NCBI GenBank assembly: GCA_964016885.1
Contig: OZ024744.1
Location: 124,744,001-124,808,000 of the forward strand
Length of the DNA stretch: 64,000 nt
Origin: Eledone cirrhosa
Taxonomy: Eukaryota
Direction: 5' to 3'
Within the stretch, counting starts at the first letter, position 1. The number at the start of each line of letters is the position of its first letter. A model generated the notes under the pieces. The model was not told the origin of the DNA. It made no database searches and saw only the letters and a list, made by a program, of their open reading frames with translations. Made by a program: the position numbers and the translations under genes. This document shows, piece after piece, positions 37,122 through 50,433 of the stretch.

Positions 37122-39887
37122 TCAGGTGTAGTTTTGGCGTATTTCGGGAAGCATGAGTGTCTTAAAGGATGCAGTGTCTCGGCAGCTAACAATTGACGCA
37201 GGCAGTTTGTTCCATGTTTCAGCAACTCTGAGCGTGAAAAAATGTCTGCGAAAGTCATGGGAGCTGTGCTGTTTTCTTATCTTGTAGGCATGTCCACGTG
37301 TGTTAGACACATGGAGATCAAAGAGGCGCTCAGGGTTGCAGTTGGCGAGATGGTTAAAAACTTTGTGGGTATTCACCAAGTCCACTGCCAGATGTCGGAG
37401 CTTCAATGAATCCATGCCCAGGGAAGCAAGGCGTTCAGAGTATGGTAGGTGTCTGATGGAGGGTATGCGCTTGGTTGCACGTCTCTGAACAGCTTCCAGG
37501 AGGTCAATGTTCCGAGCAAGATAGGGGTTCCAGACTGATGATGCGAATTCCAAGTGTGGTCGCACCATAGCTGTATACAGTTTTAAATAGATGGCTGGAG
37601 AGCGGCTAACAAAGGTCTTGCTGAGTGATGCCAAGACACCCTCGGCCTTCTTGACAATCTTAGAGACATGCTTTGTCCAACGCAAATCGTTGCCGACAGT
37701 AATGCCCAGGTCACGTTCACAAGAGGACTTTTTGATGTCAGTGTTGTGGAGGGAGTATGTGGACGCTGGATTTTTCCTTCCAAAATGCATGGTGGTACAC
37801 TTGTCCACAGCCAGCTTCAGTTGCCAGTCTGTGATCCATTGCTGCATTGTGTCCAGGTCTGATTTTAGGAAAGAGTTGTAAATTTCAGGATCAGTCCTTT
37901 TGATTTCAAGGTACAGCTTGATGTCATCTGCATATTTTAGTACCGTGGCATTCTGTAAGTTGGCATCTATGTCATTAATATATGCCACAAACAAAAGAGG
38001 ACCAAGAACAGATCCCTGTGGTACACCAGATGACATCTCATATGGTGAAGAATGCTGTCCTAGAACCGTGACTACTTTCCTTCGGCTGAGAATGAAGGAT
38101 TTCAGCCAGTCGAAAAGATCATCCCTCACACCCATTGCAGAGAGTTTTGCCATAAGTCTTTTGTGTGGCACAGAATTAAAAGCCTTAGCAAAGTCAAGGT
38201 AAACAACATCCACCCATGAGCCGCTGTCAGTGATCCGGGTGATGTCCTCAAGGAACTCGATAAGCTGATCACAGCAGCTGGAGTTAGGGATAAATCCAAA
38301 CTGTGAGGGCCGGATGAGGCTGTGAGAGCTCCAGAAGTTCCAAAGTGTTTCTCTGACACAGGATTCCATCAGTTTGGCCATACAGCTAGTAAGACTGACT
38401 GGACGATAGTTGACAGGTGACATGCGGTTGCCCTTTTTGAACAGGGGAATGACACTGGCAGTTTTCCACTGCTCCGGAGTAGCACCATTGCTGAGACAGT
38501 ATTGAAAGAAAAAAGAAAGCTGGCGCAAAAGGAAATCCCCGCCACGTTTGAGAAGCAGGTATGTCACACCATCAAGACCAGGGGAGGCATAGTTGCGCTT
38601 ATTCTTAAGGTGACGTCGCAACATTGCAGGTGTAAATTCCATAGTTGTTATGGAATTTGATGTTAGAGATGGTGGAGATGGTACATTCTGGTTTTCAACA
38701 GTAAAAATACTTGCATAGCACTCAGCAATGAGTTCTGCGCATTCCTTGGGATCGTCAGTGATCTGGCTTGTGTGGGGATTGCGAAGAGGACCAACTGGAG
38801 AGTGAGGTCTCTGCTTTGAATGAACATATTTCCAGAACACCTTACTGTCAGGATTGGTTGCGATGCACTGTTCAAATTCAAGCACTGCCTTCTTTGTCAC
38901 TTGCTTGAGATGGTTAGAAGATTTATTCCGCTTTTTTCTGTTGGCATCTGATCTATGCAGTTTATATTCCCGTTCAGCGTTCCGACGTTCTTTCCTGGCA
39001 AGTCGGACTGCTGAAGTTTCCCAGATTGCACTTTTGGGGTGGTTATTTTTCCGCTTCCGTGGCACTGATGCTGCACACGCTATCCATATTGAGTCCAGGA
39101 TGCTCTGGAGTATAGAGTTCACATCTCCAGAGTTATACATCTCATGCCAGTTTGGGCGCTGTAGCTCAGTGCAGTACAAGTTCCAATCCGCCCTCTTCCA
39201 ATCAAAGCAAGCAGATTGGAGATGGCTCTGGTTTTTGTTGCTGCCCTCAAGTGCCAGATTGGCAATGATCATAGCATGATCAGAGTCGCCTAGAGGTTCC
39301 TCAGTAGTACAACTGATAACCACTTCAGGAGTAGTGGTGAAGATCAGGTCCAAAGTGTTGTCACCTCTTGTTGGAGAGGTGACTACTTGTGACCAGTTTG
39401 AGTCCAGCACTAGTTCAAGGAAATCGTTTGCACCCTGTGGCCAACGAAAGGTTTCCCAATCGATCTCAGGATGATTGAAGTCACCTGCAATAAACACATA
39501 AGTGGCTGTTTTCTTGGCAGCAACTCTGAGGATATCGCAAAGCTGTGTGTCCTGATGGTAGTTTGGGGGGCGATAAACAACACCAAGCAGAAGTGTTGAC
39601 ATGGTCATACGTATGTCACAGAAAAAAACTTCTTCCTGTGATTCGTTCAAATCAACGCAAGGAATTACCGAAAAGTTTGAACGAACGTAGACCATCACAC
39701 CACCACCACGGCGGTTAATGCGGTCCTTGCGGAAAAGGTTGTACCCAGTAATGGTGAAAACCCCATCACAGAGTAAGGAATGTGCCCATGTTTCCGTGAC
39801 TGTGATGAAGTCAGGGTCGATGCTTCTGACGTAGGATTCGAACAGATGTATCTTGTTGCATAAACTGCGAGCATTTAAGGACAACAA
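37122..39887 (-). CDS. LINE ORF2: AP-endonuclease plus reverse transcriptase (921 aa from TTG; frame open further upstream to 39995)
   Basis: EN motifs LNARSL, VTETW, GVVYRPP, AGDFN, TLDL, SDH. RT motifs NYRPVSLTS, QFGF, LDFAKAF, GVPQGSVLGPLLF, YADD. CR1-like VRPHLEFASSVWNP and TRGH. Confidence 0.95.
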   Translation of the reverse strand: MLSLNARSLCNKIHLFESYVRSIDPDFITVTETWAHSLLCDGVFTITGYNLFRKDRINRRGGGVMVYVRSNFSVIPCVDLNESQEEVFFCDIRMTMSTLLLGVVYRPPNYHQDTQLCDILRVAAKKTATYVFIAGDFNHPEIDWETFRWPQGANDFLELVLDSNWSQVVTSPTRGDNTLDLIFTTTPEVVISCTTEEPLGDSDHAMIIANLALEGSNKNQSHLQSACFDWKRADWNLYCTELQRPNWHEMYNSGDVNSILQSILDSIWIACAASVPRKRKNNHPKSAIWETSAVRLARKERRNAEREYKLHRSDANRKKRNKSSNHLKQVTKKAVLEFEQCIATNPDSKVFWKYVHSKQRPHSPVGPLRNPHTSQITDDPKECAELIAECYASIFTVENQNVPSPPSLTSNSITTMEFTPAMLRRHLKNKRNYASPGLDGVTYLLLKRGGDFLLRQLSFFFQYCLSNGATPEQWKTASVIPLFKKGNRMSPVNYRPVSLTSCMAKLMESCVRETLWNFWSSHSLIRPSQFGFIPNSSCCDQLIEFLEDITRITDSGSWVDVVYLDFAKAFNSVPHKRLMAKLSAMGVRDDLFDWLKSFILSRRKVVTVLGQHSSPYEMSSGVPQGSVLGPLLFVAYINDIDANLQNATVLKYADDIKLYLEIKRTDPEIYNSFLKSDLDTMQQWITDWQLKLAVDKCTTMHFGRKNPASTYSLHNTDIKKSSCERDLGITVGNDLRWTKHVSKIVKKAEGVLASLSKTFVSRSPAIYLKLYTAMVRPHLEFASSVWNPYLARNIDLLEAVQRRATKRIPSIRHLPYSERLASLGMDSLKLRHLAVDLVNTHKVFNHLANCNPERLFDLHVSNTRGHAYKIRKQHSSHDFRRHFFTLRVAETWNKLPASIVSCRDTASFKTLMLPEIRQNYT

Positions 39888-39943
39888 TTTGTACCCTGCT
39901 CGCAGTCTATGATGGTGTGTAGAGGGTGGCAGGTTGTTCTGGT

Positions 39944-40099
39944 TTAGTTTCCCAGAGTTGTAGCAGTTTTTACATTGCCAGTTATTGTGGGTAGATCACA
40001 CTCAGACCAGCTGGTATCTCTCTTCCACGTTTCACCCGCCTTGACAAACCTCCAGATCTGCCCATCATCACGCAGACTGAAACTTTCATCTTGTGCTGT
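39944..40099 (-). pseudogene. C-terminal remnant of LINE ORF1
   Basis: AQDESFSLRDDGQIWRFVKAGETWKRD...ATTLGN*. It overlaps the open ORF2 frame and is cut off by the microsatellite. Confidence 0.65.
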
Positions 40100-40161
40100 A
40101 TATATATATATATACACACGTGTGTGTGTATTTATGTATATATATATATATACACACACAC

Positions 40162-40203
<42 letters not shown>

Positions 40204-40320
40204 GTGTGTGTGTGTATATATATTTATATATATATACACACACGTGTGTGTGTATATATATATATATATATACACGTGTGTGTGTATTTATATATATATA
40301 TATATACACACACACGTGTG

Positions 40321-40351
<31 letters not shown>

Positions 40352-40439
40352 GTGTGTGTATATATATATATCTGTCTCTCTCCCTGTCTCTCACTCTCCC
40401 TCTATCCCCCCTCTCTCTCTCTGTCTCTCTCTCCCCCCC

Positions 40440-40739
40440 CCTCTCTCTCTCTAGTAGTAGAGAGAGACAAAGAGAGAGAGATATAAACGTATAACCCTAA
40501 CCAAACCCTAACCCAACCCTAACCCCAACCCTAACCCTAACCTAACCCTAACCCATCTCTCTCTCTCTCTCACCCCCTCTCTCTCTCTCTAGTAGTAGAG
40601 AGAGAGACAAAGAGAGAGAGAGATATAAACGTATAACCCTAACCCAACCCTAACCTCTCTCTCTCTTCTCTCTCTCTCTCTCCCCTCTCTCTCTCTATTC
40701 CCCCCTCTCTATTTCCCCCCCCCCTCTCTCTCTAGTAGT

Positions 40740-40770
<31 letters not shown>

Positions 40771-40824
40771 TATAAACGTATAACCCTAACCCAACCCTAA
40801 CCCTAACCCAACCCCAACCCTAAC

Positions 40825-40830
<6 letters not shown>
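40440..40830. repeat. Three copies of a ctagtagtagagagag...tataaacgtataaccctaac module with (CCCTAA)-like and (CT)n tracts
   Basis: Repeats at ~40451, 40588 and 40732. Confidence 0.85.
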
Positions 40831-40859
<29 letters not shown>

Positions 40860-41347
40860 TTTTTAACATTGTTTTGTTTTTCTTTTCTTTTCTTATTCAG
40901 ATGACAAACGGCAGAGGATACAACAGAAGAAAAGAACAAAGATAATTATTATTATTATTACTATTATTATTTGTTTTATTATAATCAAAATATGCTGTTA
41001 GTTAGATCTGCATTGCGTACATTTTATATAATTTATGCCAGTTCCTTTTCTGCATATCGAACATGGCCATTTCCCTGACGGAATAGAGTTTTGTCCTCTT
41101 TCGTGACACAAAGTACAGCCAGCGGCATCATTGCGGACAGACTTAATCCCGAATTGCACTGACACACTGCCTCGCAATACGGAACACCGCACGTCTTTGA
41201 TCTTCTTCCCGTCGATCAGCCTCCTTGCCATGCTAAGTACACCTGACGTCTAGCTTCTCTCTTAGCGGCGGCTTTATATTCTTCTCTACTCCCACTAATT
41301 TTCCAAGCATTCCATGCTAGCCTTTAGTCTCCAATGGCCCGATCTAC
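40860..41347 (+). repeat. Paralog of ~860-1815 lacking the Dong-like insertion
   Basis: gaaaagaacaaagataattattattattattactattattatttgttttattataatcaaaatatgctg joins sequence found at ~930 and ~1400. Confidence 0.9.
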
Positions 41348-42830
41348 CGTGCTGTCCCACCACCATGTCACTCTCTGTCTGGTTGGAACTCTGATCCAGC
41401 CACAAGTTTAATCAGTAGCCTGCAATAAGTTGTCACATAAGAAAATCGAGTTCTCATGTATGTCATACGACTGTGAATCGTCTTCTTTTTCGTCATACAC
41501 ATATTGAAGGGCTTTCCTAAATTTCTATTTTAGTGAAATCTCTTTTAGCTTCCAGACCTTTCTTTTTTCCACATCTTCCTGTATGTCTCAATCATACCTG
41601 GAGCTGTCCAACATGACCATTGAAATCCCCTGCTAGCATAACGATGTCTCCGTCCTGTCATTGTGGCTGTTTGTAAAAATTGCTTGTAAATGAAGTCTTT
41701 CTTTTCTTTACCTAGCAGAAGCAATTAACACTAACCCAACTGTAACACTAACCCTAACACTAACTTATGCAGGCCTAGGTAAAGACAAGAAAGATAAAAC
41801 AAGGAGTGATGCTTCTTGAATTTTGTGATGCAAGTGTTTTAACCATTTGCAAAACCAACTTCCACAAACCTGCCTCACTGCCGCCTAATAACCTACAAAT
41901 CAGGCAAGCACAGAAGCCGGATTTCTCGGTAGTTAGGCAGCGAGACAGACAGATGGGGTGTGAAGTACCAGGGTGTGCCCCGGGGAGGAATGTTTCCCAC
42001 AGCGTGGGTTGGTTGTTGGTGATGTCTCGGTTATCTTGAGACGGAGTGAGACGTGCAGGAATACTCTCACGGAATCGCCAAATGAGGTTTATTTTTCAAC
42101 ATAGTCCCTGGAATGAAACAATGTGGTTATTAAGAAGAATTGAAATTAATGTAAGATTTCACAGATCTATGATCAATCCTTCACAGTCAGCTTACAAAGT
42201 TTTCAGCCAAACCTTGTGTATTTCCAACATTTCAAACCCTATCTAGGACTACATTATCTAATGTACAGTACAGTAGTTAGTATTAGTGGCTATCAGACAT
42301 AGTGTATCTAAATGCAACATTTTTAACATTGTTTTTTTTTTCTTTTCTTTTCTTTTCTTATTCAGATGACAGACGGCAGAGGATACAATAGAAGAAAAGA
42401 ACAATGATAATTATTATTATTATTATTGTTGTTATTCCTTGAATCTCAGTCATTGATGTTGGTTAACTGGAAAGTCCGTTGGAATGAATATCAAGCCACT
42501 ACCTGCAGCCTCAGATATTCAGGACGTATCGGAGGGTTCTTGCTGTTCCAAGCAAGCATGCCTTTTGAAGCGTTCCAAAAAGCGTGAAGGGGCCGATTTT
42601 CTTTAACCATCCCTGGAAACTTTTGGAGATGGACAAAAAACTGGAACACAATAGACCTGACCTGGTGGTTGTGGACAAAGAAAAAAGATCGTGTCTGATT
42701 GTGGATGTGGCCTGCCCGTTCAACACGAGAGTGCAAGAGAAGGAGAGGGAGAAAATTAACCGATACCAGGACCTAAAGTGGGAGGTGAAAAGGATTTGGA
42801 ACTGCCATGAAGTCAAAGTGATCCCGATTG

Positions 42831-42871
<41 letters not shown>

Positions 42872-44790
42872 TATTATTTGTTTTATTATAATCAAAATAT
42901 GCTGTTAGTTAGATCTGCATTGTGTACATTTTATATAATTTATGCCAGTTCCTTTTCTACATATCGAACATGGCCATTTCCCTGACGGAATAGAGTTTTG
43001 TCCTCTTTTCTACTCATCAACACTCATTCGTGACACAAAGTACAGCCAGCGGCATCATTGCGGACAGACTTAATCCTGATTTGCACTGACACACTGCCTC
43101 GCAATACGGAACACCGCACGTCTTTGATCTTCTTCCCGTCGATCAGCCTCCTTGCCATGCAAAGTACACCTGACGTCTAGCTTCTCTCTTAGCGGCGGCG
43201 GCTGTATATTCTTCTCTACTCCCACTAATTTTCCAAGCATTCCATGCTAGTCTTTAGTCTCCAATGGCCCGATCTACAGTTTCTGTCTCAACTCGTCTAT
43301 GCTTGGTCGTTCCCGCACATTGACATTGCACATCCAACGGAGCATGCTTGCTTCATTTCTCTCCAGCCGTCGCATGTCCTCTGCAGTTGCTGCCCGTGTC
43401 TCACTACCATGCAGCATCGCGCATCTAAACCTGGCCCTTACCCTAACCCCAACCTCTTTGGTTTTCGTTTTCTCGACGGCTAGCCGCATTTCGTGATCCG
43501 CCTTTCGATTGCGCTTCCGTCGCGGCAAAAGAATTGCCTTTCCAGACCGCCGTCGCCCGACCGGACCCATGATAGAAGACGTTCGTTACCGTTGGAGCAA
43601 CGCAAATTACTCCTCGGTTGACGCCAAAAACGAACGCCTTCCCGCCTCGCGCCGCCTTCTCCTCGCCGACCCTCGGCCTCGACGATTAGCCACTTTCCGT
43701 CACAGCAGTAGATACGCGTCCGTCGTAATAGCCGTCATTTTAACGCAGGAGAAACGCCTAATTGCCCTGCACCGCGTTTGACGGCGATCTACGACGGCGA
43801 CGATGCGCGCACTCTTCCTTGCTGCGACGAAGGTTTCGGCTTTTCGTCGTGGACCCGGTCAGGTCATGCCGCTGACCTCGCGTTACGGCGACGCGAGAAG
43901 ACGTTCGTTACCGCTGGAGCAACGCAAATTACTCCTCGGTTGACGCCAAAAACGAACGCCTCGCGCCGCCGCTTCCTCCTCGGCCTCGACGATTAGCCGC
44001 TTTCCGTCACAGCAGTAGATACGCGTCCATCGTAATAGCCGTCATTTTAACGCAGGAGAAACGCCTTGACGACGATATACGACGGGTCGACGACGCGCGC
44101 ACTCTTTCTGCTGCGACGAAGGTTTTGGCTTTTCGTTGTGGACCCGGTCGGGTCATGCCTCTGACCTCGCGTTGCGTCGCCACCGCCGCGGCGGGCTTGG
44201 GTTTAGCCGTAGCTACCCTCGTTTTGCCAACGGCGACGCGAGAAGACGTTCGTTACCGCTGGAGCAACGCAAATTACTCCTCGGATGAGGCCAAAAACGA
44301 ACGCTGAAGAGATATTGTCCATGGATATCGGGAATTTTACCCGCCCTAGATAGATAGATAGATAGGGATGTATGTATGTATGTATTTACACACACACACA
44401 CACACACATATGTATGTATCTTTCTCATTCTCTCTGTATGTATGTATGTATGTATATATATATAATTATATATTTATAGACATCCTGAAAGCTTTTTAAA
44501 TGTCTGAGAGATTGGCTAAATATGTTTTGCAGGTATGACCAGTAAGAGAGAGGTAAGTTATTTCAAAACAATTCTTTGACCATTATTTTAAGGTACTATC
44601 TCAGTGTATTTTTAAATTGACCTCTTGATAGGATGAAATGACCTGTATAATTTTTTTCATATTTAGATGGAATAGAAGAAAAACAAGAAAAATGAAATGA
44701 ATTCAAACAGAAAATATACACCAATGCCAATGGAGGTATGATTTCAGTTTAATCTTAACCTAATGACCACTTTACAGAGTGTACTGGATA

Positions 44791-44873
<83 letters not shown>

Positions 44874-47800
44874 AGGAAGCTCCAACCGTTAAGGTTGTCT
44901 TTCCATTTATTAATATATTGTGTATTTACTCCACTAAACTGTTGAGTGCTTTATATCAGTTATAAAAAAATTTCAGCTTGTTGAATCCCAAAATAGTTGT
45001 TGAAACAGCCACAGCTCAGCCGTCGGGGTCCTGAATATTTATCATATATATATACGTATGAGTGTGTGTGTTTTGAGAATTAATAATTATATAAACAAGT
45101 TTGTAATGAACAATTTATTTCTTATCAAAACTGTATAAACATGATATTATTTACAGTAAGAATAACAATAATAATGATGGTTTCTAGTAAAGGTGGAAGG
45201 CCAGTAATTTGGGGGAGGGGAAAGTTGATTAAATCGAAGAGAGAAAGAAAGAAAAAACAGAACGGGAAGGAGAGGGGATGGCAAGAGGTCCGGTGTCGCA
45301 GGAGAGAGGGGAGGGTGGTTGAGCTTTGAGTCTAGGGCAAGAGGGCAGAAATGCTGCGCCCCACGGATAAGACGGCAAAAATATTCTCGCGGACGATGGC
45401 CAGAGATACCCAATGCAACAACCACCCAACCTCGCGGTGTTCCCTCCTCAGATGGGCTGCTGACTCTCCGATCTTTTGGAGGAGCTCGGCAGTACAAGGT
45501 CCAAGTACTCCTGGGGTCTCGACGTTGACTGGTGCAGAGAGGAAGTGGCCGGACAATCCTCGGTATTTGTTTATTTTACGTTCTTCTGCGAGGTGGGCTG
45601 CGATGCCGGGGTTTGTGACCGAAACGACTTGGAAACGAAGTTGTAGGCGGAGATTGTGTCGTAGCTGGTGGTGTCCCAGATGAGGGACCTACGTCCTTCG
45701 AATGGGAAGAGAGTGATTCCGTCGGGGCGCTTGCCATCTCCGGGACCTGTTGGCCCCAGTTGTGATGGGAAGCCAGCTGCGTCCAGGCTTCTTCTCAATA
45801 TGTCGTTGACAACGACGTGTATCTATTCAATAATTATTTGAATATTGAAATTTTAGGTTTAACTACCTTTTAAACCAAATACATTAAGAAAGGCATGACC
45901 AACACCACATCATTTTTATTTCTATTTTGAAAGTAGGTTTATAAGTATTAAATTTCAGTAGATTCTTATATCCTTCATGGTGGTCTGGTGGGAGATACGA
46001 GAGATGGTGGAGGTTCTGGTCTGGGGTTCAATCCTGCTCAGGAGATACTCTAAGGGGGTTCATACTAAACTTCTTCAGTGTTTCTTATCTCTAGAGACAA
46101 ATATATATACATAAGGTAATCTGGTAAAGTTGTTAGAACATCACATAGAATTCTTTGTAGTATTTTTTCCAGTTCTTCAATCTGAGTTCAACTTTACTTT
46201 TCTTCCATTCGGGGTTGATAATAACGTACCAGTCAAATACTAGGGGTTAATTCTTCCTCTATATCTCTTTCTCACTCTCTGTCTGTTTTATTAAGACCTG
46301 GAGAGGTGATGTACTCTACCAGGTTTTATAATGAGTGATGGGGTCATACCTGCCTGCTACACCTCTGTGTACTAAGTGTAGCATATTATATCCTTGTTCA
46401 GGGCCTTCCTGACATTACTGTGTACTAAGGGTAGCATTTTATATCCTTGTTCAGGGCCATCTTAACATTGCTGTGTACTAAGTGTAGCATATTATATCCT
46501 TGTTCGGGGCCTTCCTGACATTAGTGTGTACTGAGTGTAGATTTTAACATCCTTGTTCTGGGCCTTCCTAACATTACTGTGTACTGAGTGTAGATTTTAA
46601 CATCTTTGTTCAGAGCCTTCCTTACATTACTGTGTACTAAGTGTAGCATTTCATATACTTGTTCTGGGCCTTCCTAACGTTACTGTGGAAATAGTAGTTT
46701 ATATCCAATATGTAATATAGATATGGATTCTACAGGACTAAAACTCATTAATATGAGGGGTATTAGTAGATTATATGCCATATTTAATAGAGAAATGGCT
46801 TCTACAAGACTAAAACTCATTAATATGAGGGGTATTACAGTTTATATGCCATATTTAATACAGAAATGGCTTCTAAAGGACTAGAACTCTTTAAATTGAA
46901 TAAAATAGTAGTATATATCCTATGTTTAATACAGAAATGCCTTCTAAAGGACTCATTAATATGAGGGTATTAGTAGATTATATAACATATTTAATACAGA
47001 AATGGCTTTTAAATTCAGGGACTCGTTAATTTGATGGAAATAGTAGTGTCTATGCAATATTTAATACAGAAATAGCTTCTACAGGACTAAAACTAATTAA
47101 TATGAGGGGTATTAGTAGTATATGTGCCATATTTAATACAGAGATGGCTTCTAAATGGAGGTATCTCATTAATTCGATTGAAATGGTAGTGTATATGCAA
47201 TATTTAATACAGAAATAGCTTCTACAAGAATAAAACTCATTAATATGAAGGTTATTATTACATTATATGCCATATTTAATACAGAAATCGGTTCTAAAGG
47301 ACTAGAACTCTTTAATTCAAATCAAATAGTAGTATAAAGCAATATTTACTACAGAAATGGCTTCTACAAGACTAAAAATCCTTAATATGAGGGGTATTGT
47401 TAGATTATATACCATATTTAATACAGAAATGGCTTCTAAATGAAGAAATCTCTTTAATTCGATAGTAATAGTAATAATAATAATAGTAATAGTAATAATA
47501 CAGCCAATTTTCCACGCAATACTTTTAGTTAGCACCCCGAACGCATAATTGGGAATATAATCACTTATTTCCTAATGTTTGTTGAGTGAGTTGGGAAAAA
47601 AAACTTGGGAAATATATTTTCAGGGTCTCAAAATCTTAAAGAGAAAAAAAAGTCCTGTGGAAGGTAGCAAAACAATTAGGAAGAAAATGGTTTGAAGTTG
47701 GTTGGTGAGTATAAGATTACAGTATCTTGTTGATTTCTATAAAGTTTACTTTTAACTGAATTGGTAAAAATGGATAAATTAGAAGACACAATATAATAAC

Positions 47801-48120
47801 TAATATTGTCTTCTAAAACAGGGAATAAAAATATGTTGGTGTATTGGGGGGGGGGGGGGGGTAAACATGTGAGTTAATGGGAATGTTTTTGTTTGTTTTT
47901 ATTGAAACATATTCAATCTACAGATAGGTTGTTATAGTTATTTAGTCTCGGGTCTGCCATTATCTGCAGATTTATAATTGAGGGGTGTTCCAGGTGTGAC
48001 CACCCTACATTATTCCTAGAGATTGTTACTCCTTCATTCTTCAGTCATCTTGGTCTTCTTATGAGATGGTGGTGTAGTCTTATTTATTGTTAAGGTTATG
48101 GTCTTCCTTTGTCCACACTC

Positions 48121-48162
<42 letters not shown>

Positions 48163-49725
48163 AAAGGCTTCCTTCTCTGGAAAAAGATGATTTAATATTC
48201 ACAACCATCTGTCTAATTGTTTTCTGATGAGAATAAAGTTAATCTTGCTTGTATGTCTACCTGATCAAATGACTGGCTGATATCTTGAAGTCATTTACAC
48301 CACAGAACTGTAGGAGTCTTGATCCCTCAAGCCATACCTCTAGCCATCATGTACTCCAAAAGAGTCTCACCTTGGTGCTACTCAACATGTCCATTAAATT
48401 TAGCAGCAAGGATGCCCTCTTCTTAGTGAGAGACAACTACAAGAGAGGTTCTTAGAGAAGAATAAGCCACTATAGTTAACTTTTGTTGACATAGAGAACC
48501 CCGATCTGTCATCTGGTGGTCCTTAAGGAAACTAGGTGTAGGGGAATGGCTTGTGAGGACAGTGCAAGCTATGTACAAGGGTGCTGTCAGTAAAGTGAGA
48601 GGAGGAATTCCAGAAACAAAGTAGGTGTACATCAGGGTTCGGTCCTCAGTCCGCTCTTGTTCATTATAGTCCTCCCTCCCTCCCTCCCTCCCTCCCTCCC
48701 TCCCTCCAAGCCATAACAGAGGAGGAGTAGTTTAAGACTGGATGCCCATGGGAACTTCTCTATGCTGACGATCTGGTTCTTATAGCAGAATCAGTAGAGG
48801 AGCTAGCTAGAGAATAAATTCTGGCTATGGAAACAGCAGTAGTTGGAATCAAGAAGACTGAGAGTGAACCTAGCTAAGACAAAAGTGTTTATAAGTAGAA
48901 GAGAGGACAAAACTCTGATTCTGTCAGGGAAATGGCCATGTTCGATATGTAGGAAAGGAGTTGGCATAAATTCTATGAAATGTAGTACGCAATGCAGATC
49001 TTGGCTACACAAGAGATGTAGTGGGATAGCAGGAAAACTGACTGACAGGTAGGGAGAAATACGTATGCAGTAGATGTACAGGGAAATTTGACAGAGATTG
49101 CAGTGATAGACACATTTTTCAAATGCAGGTGGGATCTATAGAGGGAGTTGATAGCTTCTGATACCTAGGTGATCAGATTAGTAAGGGAGGAGGGTGATAT
49201 AAAATATATTGTTATCATGACTGTCTTTATTATTTAAATTACCTCTGTCTATTTACAGATTTTACAGAGTGTACTGGGTGCTTTTATGATGGGAGCAGCA
49301 ACTCTATACGATTTTACAGAGTGTACTTGGTGCTTTTATCATGGCACATGGCAGCAGCAGCAGCAGCAACTACGATTTTACAGAGTGTACTTGGTGCTTT
49401 TTACTCTGACATCAGCACTGAGGAAGTTGTCATATTTTCAGCTAAATTAATGAGTAGAAAAACCAAGTTTCTGCTACAAAAAATTCTCAGATTCAAGGGA
49501 GACATTCAGTTTAAGTATGGTATACTGTCACTAAGGCAGCAAATTGGCAGAGTCGCTAGAATATCAGATAGCATTCTTTACATTATTTGTTTCAGCTCTC
49601 TGTTCTCTCAATTCAAATCCTGCTCAGGTCAACTTTGCCTTTCATCCATACAAAATAGATTAATAAAAGTACCAGTGTATTACTGGGGTCAATTCTTCTT
49701 CTAACTCTTCTGCACTTCCATTCTC

Positions 49726-49786
<61 letters not shown>

Positions 49787-50433
49787 GCTTCTTTAGAACA
49801 CATCTGCTGTATTCAGACCTGGAGCGGAGATGGGCTCCACCAAGTTTTAAAAATTGCCCTTTAAGCGCTGTATGTCAATATGGTGCCCCTATGATTCCCT
49901 CCCTCAGGAGTTATGGGACCATAGATACTGTCAATTGTAAAGAATAACAGAGATATTCAGTGCTAGTGTGGTGTTCTGTCAGTTGTGGAGATTGATGAAT
50001 CTAAACAGAAATATCAACAGCACTTTTCATTTCTGAGTAACACATTTGTTACCAAGTGCTGCATGGCTGGAATGAAAATCAGTGCTGTGAAAACCAAGAC
50101 ATTCATCCTCTCAAGGAAGCTTGTGCAGTGCACTCTACATGTAAATGGAGTCCCACTGAAGCAGGTAGAAAAGTTCATGTATCTCGAAGCTGTGTTCACG
50201 AGTGATGACAGAGACGGCAAAGGCACAACACACAACAGAAGAAAAGAACAATGACAATTATTATTATTATTATTATTATTATTATTTGTTTTATTAGTTT
50301 TATTATAATAAAAATTGTGCTGTTAGTTTGCTTGCTATACCATCATGTACCCTAACCCTAAACCTAACCCCAACTCCAACTCTGACCCTAAACCTAACCC
50401 CAACCCCAACCCTAACCCTAACCCTAACCCTAA

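Larger units (their letters stand above)
36972..40099 (-). mobile_element. 5'-truncated CR1/L2/Jockey-group LINE with uninterrupted ORF2 and (ATT)n tail
   Basis: ORF1 C-terminal remnant, ORF2, ~130-nt 3'UTR and a cattattattattattattata tail. Confidence 0.92.
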
